Origin: Flectonema sp. DT1601
Lineage: Eukaryota
Assembly (NCBI GenBank): GCA_964019425.1
Contig: OZ025792.1
Coordinates: 186,001 to 250,000, forward strand
Direction of reading: 5' to 3'
DNA: 64,000 bases
Under the pieces are notes generated by a model. It did not search any database. It was not told the origin of the DNA and worked only from the letters and a program-made list of their open reading frames with translations. Below, piece after piece: positions 58,697 to 64,000 of the stretch. The position numbers were made by a program, and so were the translations under genes. Each line of letters opens with the position of its first letter. Position 1 is the stretch's first letter.

Positions 58697-59827
58697 TCAT
58701 TCTCCCCGCGGAGGTAGCCTCGCCAGAATTTCATAATTCTTCCGAAACACTCGAATTAGTGTTTCTGAATATTTCATAAATGGTATATATGTCAAGTTTA
58801 TGATATTCTTAAGAGTAAAGCTGTATTTAAAGACATAAGAAGCTGTGAAAGCGGTCATTAAAAATATAATTAAAACTCTTCCGTCAGCATGTGGATCTTC
58901 CTGAGTAGCCATTGGTCTCAATCCCGTAAACGTAGGAACCGATTTTGAGGATTGTTTTTCGTAGTTTTTAATGAATTCTTTTAGTCGTGGTCGTCTGTCC
59001 ATTTCCACTTTGAGTTTTGCGTGTGACATGTGACTGACTAACAGAGACCAGATTTCTACACCGAGGATGCCAGTGTGCCATGAATCACCACTAGCTAATA
59101 AAATGTCTATCATTGAGTAAGCCTCCTGTTTATGGTTTTATTTACGTAATAATAACATTTATTGGAAGAGATCCAATCAAACCATACCTTGGCAAGAGTA
59201 ATTGCTTGAGCCTCACCAGCAACAACTCCTTTCAGCTTCTTCCGCGCGATTGCCTCTGCACCACTGAAGGAGCAATCACTCTTAAAGGTTCGCTGCGTTT
59301 ATTATATTAATGAACTACTAACTTCCCAAAGGAAAAGGAAAAGAGAAAAGGGAACGTTTCTGGCAACACAGTGCTTTCTGACAAGTAATAAAGATGCATA
59401 CCTGCCACAGTCCGATTGTTTTTGACATTTCTGCTCTGTGTGCTTTTCGACTTGGAGACACGTATCTCACATAGTTGAGGGAAGGAATTAACAATTTTCT
59501 AAGTTGAAGCGAATATGCCTGAGCCTCAGCCCTGCATTTTGGTGTTAGCCTATGCTGGATTGCGAGAGGACCTTCGCTGACACCACAGCTGATAACGTAA
59601 GAACAAATTTCTCTAAATCCAGTAATCTCAATGGCATCAACACCCTTCACAACTTCCTCATCGTAAATGAAAAGTGACGGCAACACTGCACTGTTATGAC
59701 AATTTACTATGATATCACACTTTATACCTGACTTCTCCAACACTTCCATTGCCGCAACACAGTCAGGTGATGATGCAGTTTGACCATAACAAGGTGGATT
59801 CACATGTAATTCCACTACTGCAGACAT
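58697..59827 (-). CDS. Metaxin/GST-like mitochondrial outer membrane protein; 3 exons (59827-59402, 59292-59188, 59125-58697)
   Basis: SPDCVAA..L, LPSL, LTPKCRAEAQAY...LIPSLNY..Y, AKEAYSMIDILL and a C-terminal hydrophobic segment. Both introns are phase 0. Confidence 0.7.
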
Positions 59828-60056
59828 TATTATTTAATATCTGTTAAAGAATTTGAGAAATTGTCAAAAATGCAATGCACCGATTAGTAAGATCAATAAT
59901 CAATACGTTTGATATAGTTAATTTTTTAATTCTTAAGAGATCAAGTGTGGTAACTTATATTTTAACTATGAAGATATCAGTACATTCACTCTGCAGCGGC
60001 TTTCACCGGAAGTCACTGAATTTAAGTATCAAAGGCAACGGCGAAATCTTCTTTTC

Positions 60057-60344
60057 TTAGTGTACAACTGGACGAATGGGTTCTGCCCTAACATCAGCAA
60101 GATTAATCGTTGAATCAATCGCCTCATCCATTAGTCCTACTGTAACAATATTATCTCCTCTAATAATATAAAGTCCGTAAGGTATTTGCTGTACTGCGTC
60201 ATCCAAACTGTACTCTCTCTCATATGCTTCTTCTAGTATTACATTTAATGTTTGATCGTAGCCTTTTAAGACGCCTACTAAATGTCTTCCCTCACAAGTA
60301 ATGACTGATACAACTTGATCAATGAATTCTTCGATAGCGCTCAT
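60057..60344 (-). CDS. LSM8: U6 snRNA-associated Sm-like protein LSm8
   Basis: VSVITCEGRHLVGVLKGYDQTLNVIL, GLYIIRGDNI, C-terminal VRAEPIRPVVH. Confidence 0.92.
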   Translation of the reverse strand: MSAIEEFIDQVVSVITCEGRHLVGVLKGYDQTLNVILEEAYEREYSLDDAVQQIPYGLYIIRGDNIVTVGLMDEAIDSTINLADVRAEPIRPVVH

Positions 60345-60739
60345 TCTTATATTATTTTTTTTGTTTTGTTTTGTTTTTTTTTCCCCCTCTGTTTTCAAAG
60401 TATGTGGAATTTTGCGTAGGTTTTTCAAACAGTTAAAGTAAACTACCACAAGTTTGATTTACCGTCTCGCGTGGCTGTAATAAAAAAAAAGAAGATAAAT
60501 TTCTCCATAAATAGGAATCCGTCAACACCCTATTCAGTGTACGATAAATACTAAATCTGCAATACCAATACGCAGAACAGGACCAACCAGGAGGTCACTG
60601 CTGATAAATTGCAAAGGGATTGCCGATAACTTCAAACAGACATGTTGAGTACTAACACGTCAGTAATTAATAATGTCTACGAACAGTAGAGCACGAGTCA
60701 ATCTTACTTAGGTTACTACCTGTTATCTAAATCTTATGT

Positions 60740-61822
60740 CTACACATCTGAGGCTGGCGGTGGTGATGGAGACGTAGCGGGTATTGGTGAGGCTGATTCT
60801 TTGAGTGGTCCCTGAATGACCTTTTCATCTGCTGCCTGTGTTTATTATTTTATTTATTATTCATAATTTCTTTTCTTTTTTTTTGACTGTAGTGTGGCTG
60901 CACTACCTTAGTATCAATGCCTTCAAAGACACGTAAATACTTCAAACATAAAAGTTTATTATCGTAAAAACAACTTATGATGAAGTTGTTGCATTATAAC
61001 ATCAAGTGAGCAAAATGACACCCCACCATGACTACATCAACACCTTCGGGATTCGAGTAGGAGACAAGAAATGAAGAAATAACAAACCTGTAGCAGTTCT
61101 GATGTGATACCGTAGCGCTCAAGGAGTTGCCTTTTACGCTGTTCAAGAATTCGGTTTTCAACTTCCTTCTGTGAAGGAATGTGTTTTGCAGTGTTGTCAT
61201 CTTCTAAGACGTAATCGTAAGTATCTTCACCGTCAGCACCACGTAGCTTATGAGCTTCTCTAACTTCAGTAATCTTACGACTACGAGCCTTGTTTTCAGC
61301 ACGAGATTCTATGCGGAGAAGCTTGTCGTCCTCGTCTTCCTTAAAACCATAGTAATCAGGTGTTATTGATTTATACATGTCTGTACGAGTTCGCTTTACA
61401 GGACCTTGCGGCTCAACTTCAAACAATTCTCTTACTCCAGGGAGGTCTTTTGCTGCTCCAAAATAAGCGTAGCCACCACTTCCAGCTGGTCGATTTCCAG
61501 CAGCAATGTCGTCTTCTAAGATGGTGTGGTTGGGTCCTCCGAGAGAGCGAATTTGCCTTTCCCAATGCCGTTTTTCTCTGATTCTTTTATTTATTTCATC
61601 GTTGATTTCTCGTATTCTAAATTCTCCAAGAGAAACGTCTTGTATTGAAGTAATATTCTTTCTAATTTCTGATAATATCTGTTTACGGAATCCTTCACAA
61701 GCCCCCAAATCCCCGCAGTCAGATGCCCGAAATGGTCTTCTACCATCCTTCTTGTCAGATCCAGTTTGCAGTTTTAAATACTCACCCTGAATGTTTCCAC
61801 TATAGGCTTTCTCTTTAGGCAT
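60740..61822 (-). CDS. ISY1: Pre-mRNA splicing factor Isy1; 2 exons (61822-61088, 60835-60740)
   Basis: RRPFRASDC, LGEFRIREINDEINK..REKRHWE.QI..LGG, YFGAAKDLPGVRELF, PDYYG. Confidence 0.93.
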
Positions 61823-62471
61823 GTTATTATTCTGTTATATTTGATCTGTGAAATATTTTCATAAAAAAACAAATGAGAACGCCATCCGAAAAAAAAAGTT
61901 CTCTCCACACATATTATCGATTATGTTTCTATCCGAGGGGATAACCTAATACAATGATTAAATATAAAGCAACTTGAAACTGGCTAAAAGGAATATAGGG
62001 GTTAGGCCTGGTTGCAATGAAAAGAGACCAACAATTGGTTTTGATAAAATCCCATATGTGCTGTCGAATAGGGGATTCGGGGGGGGCACGTACTACTAAC
62101 TGAGGGGAGGTAAACTATTTTTGACCATATTATTAATAAAAGGAAGTTTTTTTGATCGACTTTTTTGTCGCAGCGTATCTTCAATCAGAAACTAACAATA
62201 AATATTTAATTCCTATTTAAAATTGTAGAACACTATAATTTGGTTACCGAGACCTAAAGCACACTTCCTTCAAACTGATATGAGCTACCTGATGCACGGT
62301 AAACACGAAGGGTGATACCCCAAGCAAGTGAAACTTACTTTTTTTTGATTTACAACTGCGGTACCGATCTCAAGTAACATTTATGTGTTTCAGTCATTTC
62401 TTTTTTTTTTTTTTTTTTTTTTTTTCCAGGTTGGTGTTGAATTTTTAATTCTCTGACAGCGACGATAACAT

Positions 62472-64000
62472 TCAGTCTATCGACTCAATCCACCTCAGAT
62501 CACCAGCAACAAATAAAGTTGAGATCAATTCAACACCAGGAACAGGTATTAATAATACCATAGAACAAGCTTCTTCATTAACTGACAGTACTTTAGCAAA
62601 ACCATAAACAGGACTTGACGCGGCAGTATCTTGATCAGGTGCTTGCGACAATGCTAAAATACTATGTTCTAACTGCTTCGAAGGTGTGATTTGGGTCACG
62701 TCAGTTGCAGTCAACGTTGAGGCTTCACCGATTGGTAACAATCCTTGCTGTGGGTGATGTTATTTTGTAACCTGCTTGTTGAACACAACAACAACAACAA
62801 CAACATGAAAAAAAATCCATACAATTTTATTAGAAAGGGAACCTCCAACCCTCACTATTGTTATTTTATCAAAATTAGGAACTTCAAAACGATGTGGGTG
62901 GAGACGCATATGCGGCCAACCTGTTTATTTGTTGTAAAGAAGAGAGAGAAAAAAGTTTATTACAAAAATAGATCAACAGACTAACACACCATTGAAATAA
63001 GTAGAGAAGCGGGACCCACGTGTTCGCTCGCGATCTTTAGCTACGCAACCACCGCTGCGAGGGAGAAGATATACTTCTCCTTTACGGCCTTCACGACCTG
63101 CTGGAGAGGAGAGGAATGCGTGGCTCTTATCGTCACCAACAACAAGGACTGTGTTTATGTCGAATTGTTTTATCGCGTGGTTGATTTGCTTGGTTGTTAG
63201 ACCAGAACCAGATTTAACTATAACTCCACCACACTGAGCAAGTGGGTTAGCTTTCTGACGAGCATCTACTCGTTCTGCGAGAGTTGTAACAATATGACTG
63301 TAGAGATCTTCATTCTTTTCATCAACGGCAACACTTCCTAAAAATGAAACAGTTGGTGGGAATATTGAAAAGCCTTCATCAATAGGTACAGGCATATCAA
63401 TAGGAACGGCACCTATACTACCAGGTATACTTACAGTGTTATCATTCGGATCTATGTCTACGTATGTGAGTTGCCAGTCAAGTCTCGCAGCATAATTTAC
63501 AAGTATTTTAGCAATCGTGGCCTTACCGGAGTCAGGAGCTCCGCATATCAAGACACGAGGACCGTCCGGATCTTCTCCTTTTTCACTCCGTTCTTTCGCA
63601 GCCCGTCTTTGCACTTCAAGTTGGCTATGCAGTTTGGCGTAATTTTGCATCGATGATGACTGTGAAATGTACACGTTATCACCCTCCATTTTCTGAACTT
63701 CTACAACACATCCATGCCAAGTATATACCGCAGCGCTGGTACCTGGTAGGACATCATAGAAATTTCTGTTTTGTGTTTTTTCTTTTTTTTGAATTTTACA
63801 AATGAATTCTACACATTACTGAGACAATAATCATACCCAGGAGCCATTTCTGAACCTAATATTTCTGCAAACCTACCCGGCTCGGCGAGTAGTCGAATCT
63901 TAGCGGGGCTGGCTTTGTATGGCTGTTTTATTAAGATATCTTCTTTTTTTTTGCAAACAGTTTTTTTTTTACAACAACACAGAACCACTACATACCACTT
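62472..64000 (-). CDS. CLP1: Polynucleotide kinase / mRNA cleavage factor Clp1, multi-exon, 5' end outside the window
   Basis: AVYTWHGC, GPRVLICGAPDSGKAT, YVDIDP..SIPGSIGA, LPRSGGCV, LLPIG, SSPVYGF. Last exons 62920-62823 and 62747-62472. Confidence 0.9.

Noticed and set aside
1..64000. tRNA, rRNA or spliced-leader RNA genes
   Set aside because: None recognised by eye. tRNAscan-SE and Infernal would be needed to exclude them.

Overview
Eukaryotic nuclear DNA, most likely a euglenozoan protist (a diplonemid is my inference). About 27 protein-coding genes, all on the minus strand like a polycistronic gene cluster. Many carry short GT-AG introns whose 3' ends are A/C-rich instead of pyrimidine-rich. 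Recognisable genes: SEC23, a Baeyer-Villiger/FMO monooxygenase, an ABC ATPase, a PhyH-type dioxygenase, a cNMP-binding protein, an EF-hand/WD40/kinase fusion, six tandem copies of a catalytically dead papain-like protein, a RING/B-box (TRIM-like) protein, RsfS/MALSU1, a ubiquitin-like+LRR protein, an acyl-protein thioesterase, a metaxin-like protein, LSM8, ISY1 and a partial CLP1. The most striking non-coding signal is two arrays (23812-24889 with 7 copies; 39704-40652 with 6 copies) of a conserved 65-nt hairpin repeat, each inside the long intron of a different gene. The repeats are separated by a small shared set of spacers in shuffled order. On the host-gene strand the 65-mer has the geometry of a single-hairpin AGA-box (H/ACA-like) guide RNA, with wobble and compensatory substitutions. 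All exon models were read by eye and no database search was possible.
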